From assembly GCA_963842085.1 (NCBI GenBank), contig CAWJET010000001.1:128001-192000 (forward strand): a stretch of DNA of 64,000 nucleotides. Reading direction: 5' to 3'. The notes below the pieces were generated by a model, which had not been told where the DNA came from, searched no databases, and worked only from the letters and a program-made list of their open reading frames with translations. The first letter of the stretch is position 1. Every line of letters starts with the position of its first letter. Source of the DNA: an uncultured delta proteobacterium (GTDB lineage: Bacteria > Desulfobacterota > Binatia > Binatales > Binataceae). Positions 52,062 to 62,741 of this stretch are shown one piece after another. The translations under genes and the position numbers were made by a program.

Positions 52062-54137
52062 TCATGCCCTTGCGACCGCGCGCGCCAGCAGTATCAGCAT
52101 CACCGCGGCCAGGATCCCGTACAGGTATCCATTGATCGAGCCGGTCTGCAGCCGCCGCAGTCTGCCGCCCACGTTGTACGTCACGTTCGAGACTAAGTTC
52201 ACCAGCCAATCGACTACGTAATGATCGAATAGTCCCGACAGCCAGGACAGGAATACTATGACGCGCGCCGCGAGATTAACTACTCCGTCAATTATATTCG
52301 AGTCAAACCACGCCGACGCGCGCGTCGCGAATAGGTACGGCTGCACAACTACTCGGTCGTAGAATTCATCGACGTAGTATTTGTTCAATACCCATTCGTA
52401 CGGTACTCCATCGAACATCTGGCTAAAGCGCACCGGATCTATCTTCTCCTGCCGATACATCAGATCCGCCACCAGCCATCCGATTACTACCATCGTGAAA
52501 GTGATGAATCCGATTGCTGCTTCGGTCGAATGACTATGTATTCCCGCCTCGGTTATCCGCCGCGTCACCTCCGAGTTGAATACGGGATCGAGAAAGGTCT
52601 CGAACGGTTTGAACGTCGCGATGAACTCCGGGATCTTCACGAGCCCGCCGACTACGGACAGCGCGCCCAGCACGATCAGCACGTACGCCATCGACGGCGG
52701 CGATTCGTGCAGATGATGCTCCTGGTCATGGGTGCCGCGGAATTCGCCGAAGAACGTCATGTACACCTGCCGGAACATGTAGAAAACCGTGATCCCGGCG
52801 CCGATCAGCAACATCGCCCACACCACCGTGTGGCCGTGCGAGAACGCCTGCCAGATGATCTCGTCCTTCGACATAAATCCGGCGAACGGCGGCACGCCCG
52901 AGATCGCCAGCGTCGCCGCCATGAACGTGAGAAACGTGATCGGCATCTTGTGCCGCAGAGCGCCCATCTTGCGCATGTCCTGCTCGCCGCCCATCGCGTG
53001 AATCACCGACCCGCTCCCCAGGAACAGGCACGCCTTGAAGAACGCATGCGTCATCAAGTGGAACACGCCCGCCGCGTATGCGCCCACGCCCACCGCCGCG
53101 AACATGTATCCGAGTTGGCTCACCGTCGAGTAGGCGAGCACTTTCTTGATGTCGTTTTGCGCGACACCGATCGTCGCTGCGAACAGCGCGGTCAGCCCGC
53201 CCACCAGCGCGATCACGCCCATCGTAAACGGCGACATCGAAAATAAAAAATTCAGCCGCGCCACCATGTACACGCCCGCCGTCACCATCGTCGCCGCATG
53301 GATCAGCGCGCTCACGGGCGTCGGTCCTGCCATCGCGTCCGGCAGCCACACGTACAGCGGAATCTGCGCCGACTTGCCCGTCGCTCCGATGAACATCAGC
53401 AACGTGACGAACCCCACCAGTGTGTGCGTCGAATTGTAGCCCGCGAAATTTATCGGCACGCCGGTGAGCAATGGCGCGTACTTGCCAACCTCGCGTATCA
53501 CCAGAGTCGGATGCCCGAGTGCCTGCAATCCCGCGAACAAACTGTACAGCGCGATCACGAAGGCCAGGTCGCCGACACGGTTCACGATGAATGCCTTGTT
53601 GCCCGCCGTCGTGTTCGCCGTCACCTTGTACCAGAACCCGATCAGCGCGAACGAGCACAGGCCCACGCCTTCCCAGCCGACGAACATCAGCAGCAGGTTG
53701 TCGCCTAGCACCAGCACCAGCATTGCGAACGTGAACAGGTTGAGCCATCCGAAAAATCGCCAGTAGCCGTCGTCATCGTGCATGTAGCCGATCGAGTAAA
53801 TGTGGATCAGCCCGCCGACGCCCGTGACTATCAGCGTCATCACCATCGACAGCGGATCGAGCCAGAACGCGATGTCGAGATTCAGTCCGCCGACGTCGAA
53901 CCACTTCCAGAGGTCGTCGAGCATGAAGCGGCTGCCCGGCGGCAGTGTCAGCATTCCGAGAAACGCTCGCACCGCCAGGATGAACGCCGCGATCACGACG
54001 CCGCATCCCACCATGCTCACCGCGCGCTTGCCAAACGTCTTCTGCAGCCACGCGCCACCGAGAAAATTGATCGCCGCACCGATCAGCGGAAGCACCACGA
54101 TCAATCGGATGAACGTAACCGGAATCGGATGGTCCAT
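52062..54137 (-). CDS. nuoL: NADH-quinone oxidoreductase subunit L
   Basis: GWEGVGLCS, GKSAQIPL.VWLPDAMAGPTPVSALIHAATMV, THAFFKA. Confidence 0.95.
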   Translation of the reverse strand: MDHPIPVTFIRLIVVLPLIGAAINFLGGAWLQKTFGKRAVSMVGCGVVIAAFILAVRAFLGMLTLPPGSRFMLDDLWKWFDVGGLNLDIAFWLDPLSMVMTLIVTGVGGLIHIYSIGYMHDDDGYWRFFGWLNLFTFAMLVLVLGDNLLLMFVGWEGVGLCSFALIGFWYKVTANTTAGNKAFIVNRVGDLAFVIALYSLFAGLQALGHPTLVIREVGKYAPLLTGVPINFAGYNSTHTLVGFVTLLMFIGATGKSAQIPLYVWLPDAMAGPTPVSALIHAATMVTAGVYMVARLNFLFSMSPFTMGVIALVGGLTALFAATIGVAQNDIKKVLAYSTVSQLGYMFAAVGVGAYAAGVFHLMTHAFFKACLFLGSGSVIHAMGGEQDMRKMGALRHKMPITFLTFMAATLAISGVPPFAGFMSKDEIIWQAFSHGHTVVWAMLLIGAGITVFYMFRQVYMTFFGEFRGTHDQEHHLHESPPSMAYVLIVLGALSVVGGLVKIPEFIATFKPFETFLDPVFNSEVTRRITEAGIHSHSTEAAIGFITFTMVVIGWLVADLMYRQEKIDPVRFSQMFDGVPYEWVLNKYYVDEFYDRVVVQPYLFATRASAWFDSNIIDGVVNLAARVIVFLSWLSGLFDHYVVDWLVNLVSNVTYNVGGRLRRLQTGSINGYLYGILAAVMLILLARAVARA

Positions 54138-54144
54138 CGCTCAG

Positions 54145-54459
54145 CTATCCACGCAGCGTCTCGGTCGCATCGACGTCGATCGTCTTGAAGTTCTGATAAA
54201 TCGCCAGCACCACGGCCAATCCGATCACCGCCTCCGCCGCCGCCAGCATGATCACGAAAATCGCAAAAATCTGCCCGTCGTATTTGCCTCCGCCGTAAAA
54301 CGCGAACGCAAGGTAGTTGATATTGGCGGAGTTGAGGATCAGCTCGACGCCCATCAGGATTCCAATCGCGTTGCGCCGCGTCAGAACCGTGAACAGCCCG
54401 AGCGAAAATACGATCAGGCTAAGCACCAGGAAGTGGTTCAGCGTTATTCCCCCGCCCAT
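54145..54459 (-). CDS. nuoK: NADH-quinone oxidoreductase subunit K
   Basis: RRNAI..LM.VEL.LN, AAAEA.IGLA. Confidence 0.95.
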   Translation of the reverse strand: MGGGITLNHFLVLSLIVFSLGLFTVLTRRNAIGILMGVELILNSANINYLAFAFYGGGKYDGQIFAIFVIMLAAAEAVIGLAVVLAIYQNFKTIDVDATETLRG

Positions 54460-54477
54460 CCCGATTCTCCCGCTCCC

Positions 54478-54975
54478 CTATTCCCTCGCCTCATGACGCG
54501 AGATCACAATCGCGCCGATTAGCGCCGCCAACAGCACCAGCGACGCGACTTCGAACGGCAGCACGTAGTCGCCCAGGAACGCGTTGCCGATCGCGTAGGT
54601 CGTCGGCGCGGGCGTGACCGCCGCCGCCTGATGCCAGTGCGTCCGCATCACCGCGTACAGCATCACGAGCGCGGCGATTCCAACTGTGAAGAGCGCCGGT
54701 CCCGTTCCCACCGCGCGATTCGACACGGTCACGTCTCCGATTCCCGCCGTCAGCATCACCGCGAAGATAGTCAGTACCAATATTCCACCGACGTAAACGA
54801 GCAGCTGCACCATCGCGACAAAGTCCGCCGCCAGCAAAATGTAAATACCCACAACGCCCATGAATGCGCCGAGCAGCGCGAATGTCGAATAAACTATATT
54901 GCGCGAGAACGCCACCAGCATCGCCGACCCCACCGTCAGCGCCGCCAGCGCATAGAATATTACCTGTGCGAGCAT
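54478..54975 (-). CDS. nuoJ: NADH-quinone oxidoreductase subunit J
   Basis: QLLVYVGGILVL..FAVML, PFEVAS. Confidence 0.93.
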   Translation of the reverse strand: MLAQVIFYALAALTVGSAMLVAFSRNIVYSTFALLGAFMGVVGIYILLAADFVAMVQLLVYVGGILVLTIFAVMLTAGIGDVTVSNRAVGTGPALFTVGIAALVMLYAVMRTHWHQAAAVTPAPTTYAIGNAFLGDYVLPFEVASLVLLAALIGAIVISRHEARE

Positions 54976-55012
54976 CGGTTCGCCCTTCCCCGATTCGTGC
55001 TGGCCGCGCGCG

Positions 55013-55579
55013 CTACGCCGGCTCTTCTTCGGCCGGCTTCTCGCCGCCAGGTTGCGCCCATTGATCGAGGTAGGTCATGCCGCGATTCAGAATCGGCGCG
55101 ATTCCCGGATCGGTCTCCGGCCCTTTCTTGGGCTTGTACGCGACCACCGGGTCCTTGACGAAGCGGCGAATCAAACTCTCCAGCGAATAGTCAGCGCCCT
55201 CGAACTCCGTCGTATGATGGATCGAGCCGGTCGGGCACGGCTCGCTGCAAAGCCCGCAGTACATGCACTTTGCGATGTCGATGTCGAACTGCGACAGCAG
55301 CAGCTGCCGAGTCTGCGGATCCTTGTCGGCCACGATCACGATACAATCGATCGGGCACGCGCGCTCGCACGCCAGGCATCCCGTGCAGATTTCGAGATCC
55401 ACTTCCAGGATTCCGCGGTAGCGGAACGGCAGCGTGTCCTGCACGCGCACCGGCATCCTGTCCGGATATTGCACGGTGTACGGCTTGCGCATGAAATGCG
55501 AGGCGGTTACCGCCATGCCCTCGAATATAGTCGAGACCGCGTCCTTTATATTGGTTACGTATTCCGAAACCGCGCCCAT
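55013..55579 (-). CDS. nuoI: NADH-quinone oxidoreductase subunit I
   Basis: TVQYP; two 4Fe-4S motifs CTGCLACERACP and CMYCGLCSEPCP. Confidence 0.93.
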   Translation of the reverse strand: MGAVSEYVTNIKDAVSTIFEGMAVTASHFMRKPYTVQYPDRMPVRVQDTLPFRYRGILEVDLEICTGCLACERACPIDCIVIVADKDPQTRQLLLSQFDIDIAKCMYCGLCSEPCPTGSIHHTTEFEGADYSLESLIRRFVKDPVVAYKPKKGPETDPGIAPILNRGMTYLDQWAQPGGEKPAEEEPA

Positions 55580-55588
55580 CAATAGCCT

Positions 55589-56779
55589 CTATATAGTCGG
55601 ATTGAAGTAAACTTCCATCCGTGAACGCTTGAGATAGTATATAACCCGCTGAATAAATATCGCCGCCAGCGCGAGCGCGCCGGCGAACATGATATAGCCC
55701 ATCGCGGTGTTGCCATCGGGCCAAATAGCTACCCAGACCGCGGTTCCGATCATATCCACAAATGAAATCGGCACGAAGTATTTCCAGCAAAGTGTCATTA
55801 GCTGATCGATACGCACTCGCGGCAGCGTCGCGCGTATCCACATCGACACGAATACCAGGAATAGTACTTTGAGGTTGAACGTGATCAGCTGGAGTATATT
55901 CATCACGACTACATTGTTAGTGATGTGCGGGAACTGCCACCCGCCGAGGAACAGGGTTGTGATTATCGCGCCGATGATGAACAGATTTCCCCATTCCGCC
56001 ATGAAGAAGAACAGGTAGCGCATCCCGCTATACTCAGTCGCGAAACCCGCCACCAGTTCCGACTCGGCTTCGGGCAAATCGAACGGCGTGCGGTTACCCT
56101 CGGCCAGCGCCGAGATATAAAGGATGTTGGCGGCGACGAACGTGAACGGATTCGCGAACAAAAACCAATGCTGCGGCGCCCAGCCCTGCGCGCGGATGAT
56201 TCCCTGCATCGACAGCGTGCCCGCCATCAGCACGACCGGGAAAATCGAAAGCCCCGCCGGTATTTCGTAACTGACTATTTGCGCCGCCGACCGGATTCCG
56301 CCGATCAGCGACCACTTGTCGTTCGACGCCCACCCCGCCATCAGCACGCCAACCACCGTGAGCGCCGTCACCGACGTCATATAGAGGATGCCCACGTTCA
56401 GGTCTGCCAGTATCAGCGACGACGAGAACGGCATCACCGCCCACGGCAACGTGAACGCCAGCATCACCAGGTACGGTGCCATCTTGAACAGCGGCGAGTC
56501 GGATTCGTCGGGGATGATGTCTTCCTTGCAGACGTGTTTGACGCCATCGGCCAGCCACTGCAGGAAGCCCTGCGGCCCGACGCGGTTTGGACCGACGCGC
56601 GACTGGATTCGCGCCCACACCCGCCGCTCGGCCCAGCTCACGATTCCCGCAAACGGAAACGCGACGCCAAGGAACACCACCGCGCTCATCACGAACACAA
56701 CGATTGCGGCAACCAGGCTCGGCGAAGGGTTCTTGCCGAAGGCGCCCGACGCGATCAGGTTTTGTACCAGCGTCTCCAT
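55589..56779 (-). CDS. nuoH: NADH-quinone oxidoreductase subunit H
   Basis: ERR....[42 protein letters not shown]. Confidence 0.95.
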   Translation of the reverse strand: METLVQNLIASGAFGKNPSPSLVAAIVVFVMSAVVFLGVAFPFAGIVSWAERRVWARIQSRVGPNRVGPQGFLQWLADGVKHVCKEDIIPDESDSPLFKMAPYLVMLAFTLPWAVMPFSSSLILADLNVGILYMTSVTALTVVGVLMAGWASNDKWSLIGGIRSAAQIVSYEIPAGLSIFPVVLMAGTLSMQGIIRAQGWAPQHWFLFANPFTFVAANILYISALAEGNRTPFDLPEAESELVAGFATEYSGMRYLFFFMAEWGNLFIIGAIITTLFLGGWQFPHITNNVVVMNILQLITFNLKVLFLVFVSMWIRATLPRVRIDQLMTLCWKYFVPISFVDMIGTAVWVAIWPDGNTAMGYIMFAGALALAAIFIQRVIYYLKRSRMEVYFNPTI

Positions 56780-56785
56780 CGAGGA

Positions 56786-57904
56786 TTAGCGATCGATCTC
56801 CGGCGCGATCACGTCGAGGCTCGCGATCAACGTAACCAGGTCCGCGATCATCAAGCCCGCGCTGAGTTTCTGAATGATGCCCATTGCGGCGAACGATCCC
56901 GTGCGGACGTGCACCCGCCATGGATAGCCGGTGCCGTCGCTCACGACGTACCATCCCATGTCGCCGCGTCCGCTCTCGAGCCGAATCTGGCATTCGCCTG
57001 CGGGCGGCTTGAAATTGCGCGCCACTTTCGCGAGCACCGGCCCAGCGGGAATCTTCTGCAGCGCCTGTCGCAGTATCTTCGACGATTCCGCCATCTCGCG
57101 AATCCGCACCACGTAGCGATCCATCGAGTCGCCAAGCTTGCCCCAATGGCCGTCGCCAACCGGCACGTCGAACTCGAACTCGGGATACACCGAATACGGG
57201 ATGTCCTTGCGGATGTCCCACTTGATTCCGCACGCGCGCAGGTTGGGCCCGACCAGGTTGTAATTGATCGCTTCCGCGGGCGTGATCACGCCGACGTTCG
57301 CCAGCCGCTCGACGTAGATTTTGTTCCACGAGATGAGCGCGTTGTATTCCTCGAGGATCGGATCGAAATGGTCGAGGTACGCGAGCGCCTTCTCGCGCCA
57401 TCCCGGCGGCAGATCCCACGCCACGCCGCCGATTCGCATGTAGTTGAACGTGAGCCGCGCGCCGCACAGCTCCTCGATCAAATCGTTGATCATCTCGCGC
57501 TCGCGAATCGCATGCGTGAACGGCGTCACCGCGCCGATATCCATCGCCATCGCGCCGACCGACAGCAGATGCGACGCGATTCGATTAAACTCCGCCGCGA
57601 TCACCCTGCAGTACTCGCCACGATGCGGCACTTCGATTCCCGCGAGCTTTTCGCAGGCCATGCCCCAGCCCTGGTTGGTGAACATCGCACACACGTAATC
57701 GACGCGATCGGTGTATGGCATGAAGCCGTGGTAGCCGACCTTCTCCGCGATCTTCTCGATCGAGCGATGCAGGTAGCCGACGTCCGGGATCGCCTCACGC
57801 ATCACCTCGCCGTCGGCCCGCACGATAAACCGCAGCACCCCGTGCGTCGACGGATGCTGCGGGCCCATGTTGAGCGTCATTTCTTCGGTGTGCAGCGTGC
57901 TCAT
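56786..57904 (-). CDS. nuoD: NADH-quinone oxidoreductase subunit D
   Basis: [27 protein letters not shown]-terminal EIDR. Confidence 0.95.
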   Translation of the reverse strand: MSTLHTEEMTLNMGPQHPSTHGVLRFIVRADGEVMREAIPDVGYLHRSIEKIAEKVGYHGFMPYTDRVDYVCAMFTNQGWGMACEKLAGIEVPHRGEYCRVIAAEFNRIASHLLSVGAMAMDIGAVTPFTHAIREREMINDLIEELCGARLTFNYMRIGGVAWDLPPGWREKALAYLDHFDPILEEYNALISWNKIYVERLANVGVITPAEAINYNLVGPNLRACGIKWDIRKDIPYSVYPEFEFDVPVGDGHWGKLGDSMDRYVVRIREMAESSKILRQALQKIPAGPVLAKVARNFKPPAGECQIRLESGRGDMGWYVVSDGTGYPWRVHVRTGSFAAMGIIQKLSAGLMIADLVTLIASLDVIAPEIDR

Positions 57905-58410
57905 TTCTTTTTCGTGTCGAGCCGGATTATCGGGCTCTCTCTAACTGTTGAGATTCCGTGGTATTCGGCCGGCTCGACAAAATCCTTGCGCAGCGGATGA
58001 CCGATCCAGTCCTCCGGCATCAGGATTCGCCGCATGTCGCTATGCCCCTCGAAGTTCACGCCAAGCAGGTCGAAAACTTCACGCTCCATCCAGTTCGCCG
58101 ACTTCCACACGCCCTCGAGCGTCGCCACGCTGGGGTTCTCGCGCGGCAGCTTAACCTTCAACACCGCACCGTGCCGATGCTTGTACGAGAACAGGTGATA
58201 GACCACCTCGACGCGATCCTTGTAGTCGACGCCGCTCTCGTTGGACAGGCAGTCCATCGCCAGCTCGGGATCCTCGTTCATGAATTTCCCGATCTCGACG
58301 ATCGCCTTCGGATCAATCACCGCAACCGGATCCGGCTTCTTTTCGGAGATTTCCAGAATTCGATCACCGAACTGGTTTTTCACCCGCTCGAGTATTTGCA
58401 GCGACTCCAT
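57901..58410 (-). CDS. nuoC: NADH-quinone oxidoreductase subunit C
   Basis: [30 protein letters not shown]. Confidence 0.95.
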   Translation of the reverse strand: MESLQILERVKNQFGDRILEISEKKPDPVAVIDPKAIVEIGKFMNEDPELAMDCLSNESGVDYKDRVEVVYHLFSYKHRHGAVLKVKLPRENPSVATLEGVWKSANWMEREVFDLLGVNFEGHSDMRRILMPEDWIGHPLRKDFVEPAEYHGISTVRESPIIRLDTKKK

Positions 58411-58414
58411 CTAC

Positions 58415-58927
58415 TCAGGCAGCCGCGACCTGCTTGCCATTGCCATTGGGCGAGCGCACCAGCCAGCGCTCGGTCATTATCTTCTCCTGCAATTTGAGCA
58501 GGCCTTCGGTCAGCGCCTCGGGACGCGGCGGGCAGCCGGGCACGTACACATCGACCGGCAGGATCTTGTCGACGCCGTCGCAAACCGAGTAGGCGAGCTG
58601 GAACAGTCCGCCGCAGCTCGCGCACGAACCCATCGAGATGACGTATCTCGGGTCGGGCATCTGATCGTAGAGCAGCCGCGTCCTGAGCGCCATTTTCAGC
58701 GTCAGCGTGCCCGCGACGATCATCAGGTCCGACTGGCGCGCCGACGCGCGCGGCGTCGCGCCGAAACGATCGATGTCCGCACGCGGGCCGCCGGTATGCA
58801 TCAGCTCGATCGCGCAGCAAGCCAGGCCGAACAGCATGTACCAGATGCTCGATTTGCGCATCCAGTTCAGCAGTTCGTCTGTCTTGGTGGTCAAAACGTA
58901 ATCGGGAAGCGTGTTCAACAAGGGCAT
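58415..58927 (-). CDS. nuoB: NADH-quinone oxidoreductase subunit B
   Basis: [27 protein letters not shown]. Confidence 0.95.
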   Translation of the reverse strand: MPLLNTLPDYVLTTKTDELLNWMRKSSIWYMLFGLACCAIELMHTGGPRADIDRFGATPRASARQSDLMIVAGTLTLKMALRTRLLYDQMPDPRYVISMGSCASCGGLFQLAYSVCDGVDKILPVDVYVPGCPPRPEALTEGLLKLQEKIMTERWLVRSPNGNGKQVAAA

Positions 58928-58937
58928 AAGACCTACC

Positions 58938-59330
58938 TCAATCTTCGACCGGTACCTTCTTGATCCATTCCAGGTCGTGCTTGACCCAGACGTAAACCAG
59001 GCCGACGAACAGGATTAGCAGGAACAGCAAAATTTCGCTGAGCGCGTAAAGGCCGTGTCCCGAGCGCACCCAGTGCAGGTAAACGGCGGCTATCGGATAA
59101 ACGAACGCGACTTCGACCTCGAACACCACGAAAATCAGCGCGATCAGGTAGAAGCGGACGTTGAAATTGATCCACGCGCGGCCGGTCGGCGGCTCGCCGC
59201 ATTCGTAGGGAATCAGCTTTCGATCGTACGGATTTTGCGGCGCCAGTAGCTTCTGCAGCCCGAACATCAGCGCCACGAAACCGACCCCGATGATGGTAAG
59301 CGCCAGCGGCACGCCGAAGTTGAGGTACAT
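58938..59330 (-). CDS. nuoA: NADH-quinone oxidoreductase subunit A
   Basis: [23 protein letters not shown]. Confidence 0.95.
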   Translation of the reverse strand: MYLNFGVPLALTIIGVGFVALMFGLQKLLAPQNPYDRKLIPYECGEPPTGRAWINFNVRFYLIALIFVVFEVEVAFVYPIAAVYLHWVRSGHGLYALSEILLFLLILFVGLVYVWVKHDLEWIKKVPVED

Positions 59331-59347
59331 TGGATGTTACCGAGTCC

Positions 59348-59376
59348 TCATTAATTGGACTGGACTAAGCTGTCAA
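59348..59376 (-). promoter_or_regulatory. Candidate sigma70 promoter for the nuo operon
   Basis: TTGACA (59376-59371) followed by the AT-rich AATTAATG, in an AT-rich intergenic region upstream of nuoA. Confidence 0.4.
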
Positions 59377-59485
59377 GAAGGATCGCTTCACCTGTGATTG
59401 ATTTTGCTTAAGTAATTCTTAATTCAAACCTGCGCGCTGCGCTACGGAGACTGACTATTTCGGCGACGCAAGCGCAGCGATTGCG

Positions 59486-60028
59486 TTACCTTCGAGTCTC
59501 GCTGCTGCTGTGCATACCTACGGCGGTGTCCAGGCGTCTACGGATTTCGCGAACCATGTTCTCATCAAGCCACGCGCCGTGGTCCTTCGGACAGGCCATC
59601 CCGGCCAGCCCCACTGCGCCCGGCGAGATCGCCGCTCTGGCGGCAAGCCTGGCACCGCAATCGGGACAGTCGATCTCTTTGCGATATTCGTGACGCAGCT
59701 CTCCAACGGTCTCTGGGATTTTACCGAAAGCCTTTTCGTCCGGGGAACCGTGGTGAAGGGCCGCCGCATTCTCCAAGCGCTCGCGAATCTGCTCGAGCGC
59801 CTCCTTGTCAGCCCACGCGCCGTGATGCTCTGGACAAGCCAATCCTCCCACGCCGATTGGCACCCTGGCATCGAGTTTGGAACCGCAATGCGGGCATTTG
59901 ACTCCCTTGGCGTCCTTCAGGCGCAGCCTTTCGATTATTTCTGCATCGTGCTGTCGTGCCCACTGATTCTCGCGGCCCATCTCAGCGTTGTGGAGCGTGT
60001 CGCCGAGACGGTCTTTTTCGTCGCCCAT
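59486..60028 (-). CDS. Protein with IF1/zeta-like N-terminal helix and two TFIIB-like zinc ribbons
   Basis: EKDRLGDTLH..E..RE.QWARQHD; CPHC...CPEHHGAW and CPDC...CPKDHGAWLD. Confidence 0.75.
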   Translation of the reverse strand: MGDEKDRLGDTLHNAEMGRENQWARQHDAEIIERLRLKDAKGVKCPHCGSKLDARVPIGVGGLACPEHHGAWADKEALEQIRERLENAAALHHGSPDEKAFGKIPETVGELRHEYRKEIDCPDCGARLAARAAISPGAVGLAGMACPKDHGAWLDENMVREIRRRLDTAVGMHSSSETRR

Positions 60029-60067
60029 ATTTCGCCCTCCAGGATGAAGTCTACCGGCGTTGATTGG

Positions 60068-60364
60068 TCATCGCACACCGGTCCGGTGGATCGGGCCGCC
60101 AGGCATTTTTTTTTGCTCCTTCAGCACCGCCTTCAACGTCGCCGCGTCGAGCCACGCGCCATGTCCGGCCGGGCACGCATGCATCTGCACGCCGGCCTCG
60201 GTTCTCGCTACCAGTAATTCCTTGCAATGCGGACACGACGTCTGGCTCACGCGTTTGCGCATCTTCTCCAGCAGCTCAACGTCGCGCTGTCGCGCCCACT
60301 GATCTTCGCGCGCCTTCTCGACGTCGTGGAGCTTGCTGCCCAACCGGTCTTTCTCATCCGCCAT
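60068..60364 (-). CDS. zf-TFIIB-like protein with IF1/zeta-like N-terminal helix (paralog of neighbour)
   Basis: EKDRLGSKLH..EKAREDQWARQRD.ELLEK; CPHC...CPAGHGAWLD. Confidence 0.8.
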   Translation of the reverse strand: MADEKDRLGSKLHDVEKAREDQWARQRDVELLEKMRKRVSQTSCPHCKELLVARTEAGVQMHACPAGHGAWLDAATLKAVLKEQKKMPGGPIHRTGVR

Positions 60365-60373
60365 AGTCGCGCC

Positions 60374-60712
60374 TCAAGTCATCTCCTTGATCAGCTTGCC
60401 GCTGCGCGCTTTCTCGACCGTCGCCTCGAATTTCGACCCGAGATCGACGCCCATCTCCTTGGCCCGCTTCTTCGCCCAAAGTCCGACGTTGCGCGAATCG
60501 CGATAGAACGAATCGTCGCGCGGTTTGGACGCGTCGAAACTCGCAAGCCGCGAGGCCTCGCTCTCGACCACCGCGAACGACGACATTACGCGCCGCAGCC
60601 GCGCCGACCCGCATTCGGGACACTCGCGACGCTCGCGGCGTCGCGATGAACCCATCACCACGTGCGAGCTGACGAGCCCGCATCGCGAGCATTCGTACTC
60701 GAAAATCGGCAT
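60374..60712 (-). CDS. FmdB-family zinc-ribbon protein
   Basis: MPIFEYEC..CG...CPECGS..L.R.MSSF. Confidence 0.9.
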   Translation of the reverse strand: MPIFEYECSRCGLVSSHVVMGSSRRRERRECPECGSARLRRVMSSFAVVESEASRLASFDASKPRDDSFYRDSRNVGLWAKKRAKEMGVDLGSKFEATVEKARSGKLIKEMT

Positions 60713-60756
60713 CGGATCTAAAGAATATCCTGACGGGAGACCGCCCGCAAATCAGC

Positions 60757-61041
60757 TTAATGGTGGGCGGTTTCAGCAGGATTTTCGTCAGCGTCGACCT
60801 CCGGCGGCGACACGGGACGCCAGCTCTCGCGCACGTCGAGCACGGGACCCGCCAACGGGTTGCCGACGAGTAGCAGAAGTCCGACCGCACCGACCGCCAC
60901 CCCGCATCCAAGCCACCAAATCGAGCGGTATTCGACGCCAAGCGCAAGCATCGCAAGCGCCCACATAGGGATGATGAGCGAGACGACGAAGCGCATCAGC
61001 GCACTCATCGCATGCTCAGCCTGTTCAGCGCGGTCGGCCAT
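60757..61041 (-). CDS. Small 2-TM membrane protein
   Basis: Two hydrophobic helices, GAGG RBS, operon position. Confidence 0.65.
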   Translation of the reverse strand: MADRAEQAEHAMSALMRFVVSLIIPMWALAMLALGVEYRSIWWLGCGVAVGAVGLLLLVGNPLAGPVLDVRESWRPVSPPEVDADENPAETAHH

Positions 61042-61049
61042 CGATTCCT

Positions 61050-62741
61050 CTATTTAGCGGCTGCGGGCGAAATTTCAAATAGCGCCGGCGGCCCGCCGCC
61101 ACCGATCAAGTTGGACTTCGCAACGAGCTTGAGCCGCGAGCGATACTCGGGAGTCATAGCGTCCAGCTCGCGCGGCGTCGCAAGCAGATATCCGCACTTA
61201 GGATTTTTGAGATCGGGCACCGCGGCGCCATAGTAGTACGATAGCTCGTAGTTGATGCCACTCGGAATGCATAGCTGATTGCCTTTGACGTGGTCGGCAA
61301 CAATCGGAACGAAGCTCTTCAGGCTGCGTGCGTAAGCCAGTCCAGGTCGCAACCTCGTCGTCCATAGCAGGCTTTGGGAAAGACCGAGCAGGCCGAACGC
61401 CACGCCAACCAGGATCGCGCGCCGCCGCAGTACGCCGAATATCGCGACAGCGTCCAGTGCCAAGTAGCAGAGCGCGAACAGGGTCAATAAAGCGCCCATC
61501 GTTTGAAAAAAAACCGTGTAGTAGGCTTCGTCGCTCGATTGGAGTTTCATCTGCGTGGCGAAGCGCGGAAGGAAAAAAAGAAAAGCGAGAATGGCAACTG
61601 AGCTGAACGCAAACACCACGACGAGCGGGTCGCGTAACTTTGATGCGGCGCCGCGTACATCCAGCTTGAACACCGACGCGCAGAGGATCGCGATTCCCGG
61701 AAGCGCGGGCAAGATGTAATCGTCGCGCTTGACGCTGGCGATCGAGAAAAACAGCAACACCGCGAGCGACATGCTGATTTGGTAAACCACCGGGCGACGT
61801 TTCTCCGCAGCGATCTCGCCAGTGTAGAAGGCGAGCGCGGCCGGCAGTATCAGGAGCGTCATCGGGAATGCGCCGCCCAGAAGACGCGCAGCGATAAAAT
61901 AGAAGGGGCGGTGGCTCTCGCCTGTGCCGCCGAGTTTGGCCGGCATGAAGTGTCCGAAATTCTCGGCGAGGATGATCCTCAAGATTTTGTGCCCGCCGAC
62001 GATCGCCGCCGGTACGTACCAGACCGCGCCGATCGCGACCGCAATCGCGACGACCTGCCACGGCCATCGCTGACGGAGTAACGCCATTGGATTGCGGCGC
62101 TCGATCAGCAGGTAGATCAACGCGGCGAGCGCGCACAGCACCATCGCAATCGGGCCCTTGGTCAAAACCCCCAATCCGAGTATCACGCCCACGAATATTT
62201 TCCTGCGCGAAGAGGCAGGTGACGCCGTCGCGTCTTCGAGTAGCGGAAAGATCGCCGCGTACGCGGCGAACAGCAGAAACGTCAGCAGCATATCGGTCAG
62301 CGCTTCGGTCGCGCGCGACGCAAATCCGTACGTGCCGAGCATTAACAGAAACGCCAGCCATCCTTCGGATGCGCCGACGTTGGCAGCCGTCCACGCGAGC
62401 ACGCTCACCGCGAGCGCCGTGCCTGCCACCACAGACACTGCGCGCGCGCGAAGCTCGTCGACGGTGCCTCCGGTCGTCTCGGCGACGACCGCTGACAGCC
62501 AATAGAACAGCGGCGGTTTGCGATCTGTATAGCCGTACGCGTCATGCGGTATCAGCCAGTGACCGTCGCGCACGATGCTCTGAATCCACTCGGCCGATTG
62601 CGGCTCCGCGTCCTTCTGAAACGGCGCGCTGATTCCCTGCACGAGAACGACAAACGCGAACAACGAAGCGATCGCGAGCATCGCGGGTGGCAGCACGGCG
62701 CCCCCACTTTTCGGCGCGGAAGTGGGACGCTCGGGAGTCAC
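61050..62741 (-). CDS. ArnT/GT39-family polyprenyl-phosphate glycosyltransferase
   Basis: D.E, KPPLFYW, TDMLL, LTKGPIA, P.WY, KR..YILP; GTG start overlaps the upstream TGA. Confidence 0.9.
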   Translation of the reverse strand: MTPERPTSAPKSGGAVLPPAMLAIASLFAFVVLVQGISAPFQKDAEPQSAEWIQSIVRDGHWLIPHDAYGYTDRKPPLFYWLSAVVAETTGGTVDELRARAVSVVAGTALAVSVLAWTAANVGASEGWLAFLLMLGTYGFASRATEALTDMLLTFLLFAAYAAIFPLLEDATASPASSRRKIFVGVILGLGVLTKGPIAMVLCALAALIYLLIERRNPMALLRQRWPWQVVAIAVAIGAVWYVPAAIVGGHKILRIILAENFGHFMPAKLGGTGESHRPFYFIAARLLGGAFPMTLLILPAALAFYTGEIAAEKRRPVVYQISMSLAVLLFFSIASVKRDDYILPALPGIAILCASVFKLDVRGAASKLRDPLVVVFAFSSVAILAFLFFLPRFATQMKLQSSDEAYYTVFFQTMGALLTLFALCYLALDAVAIFGVLRRRAILVGVAFGLLGLSQSLLWTTRLRPGLAYARSLKSFVPIVADHVKGNQLCIPSGINYELSYYYGAAVPDLKNPKCGYLLATPRELDAMTPEYRSRLKLVAKSNLIGGGGPPALFEISPAAAK

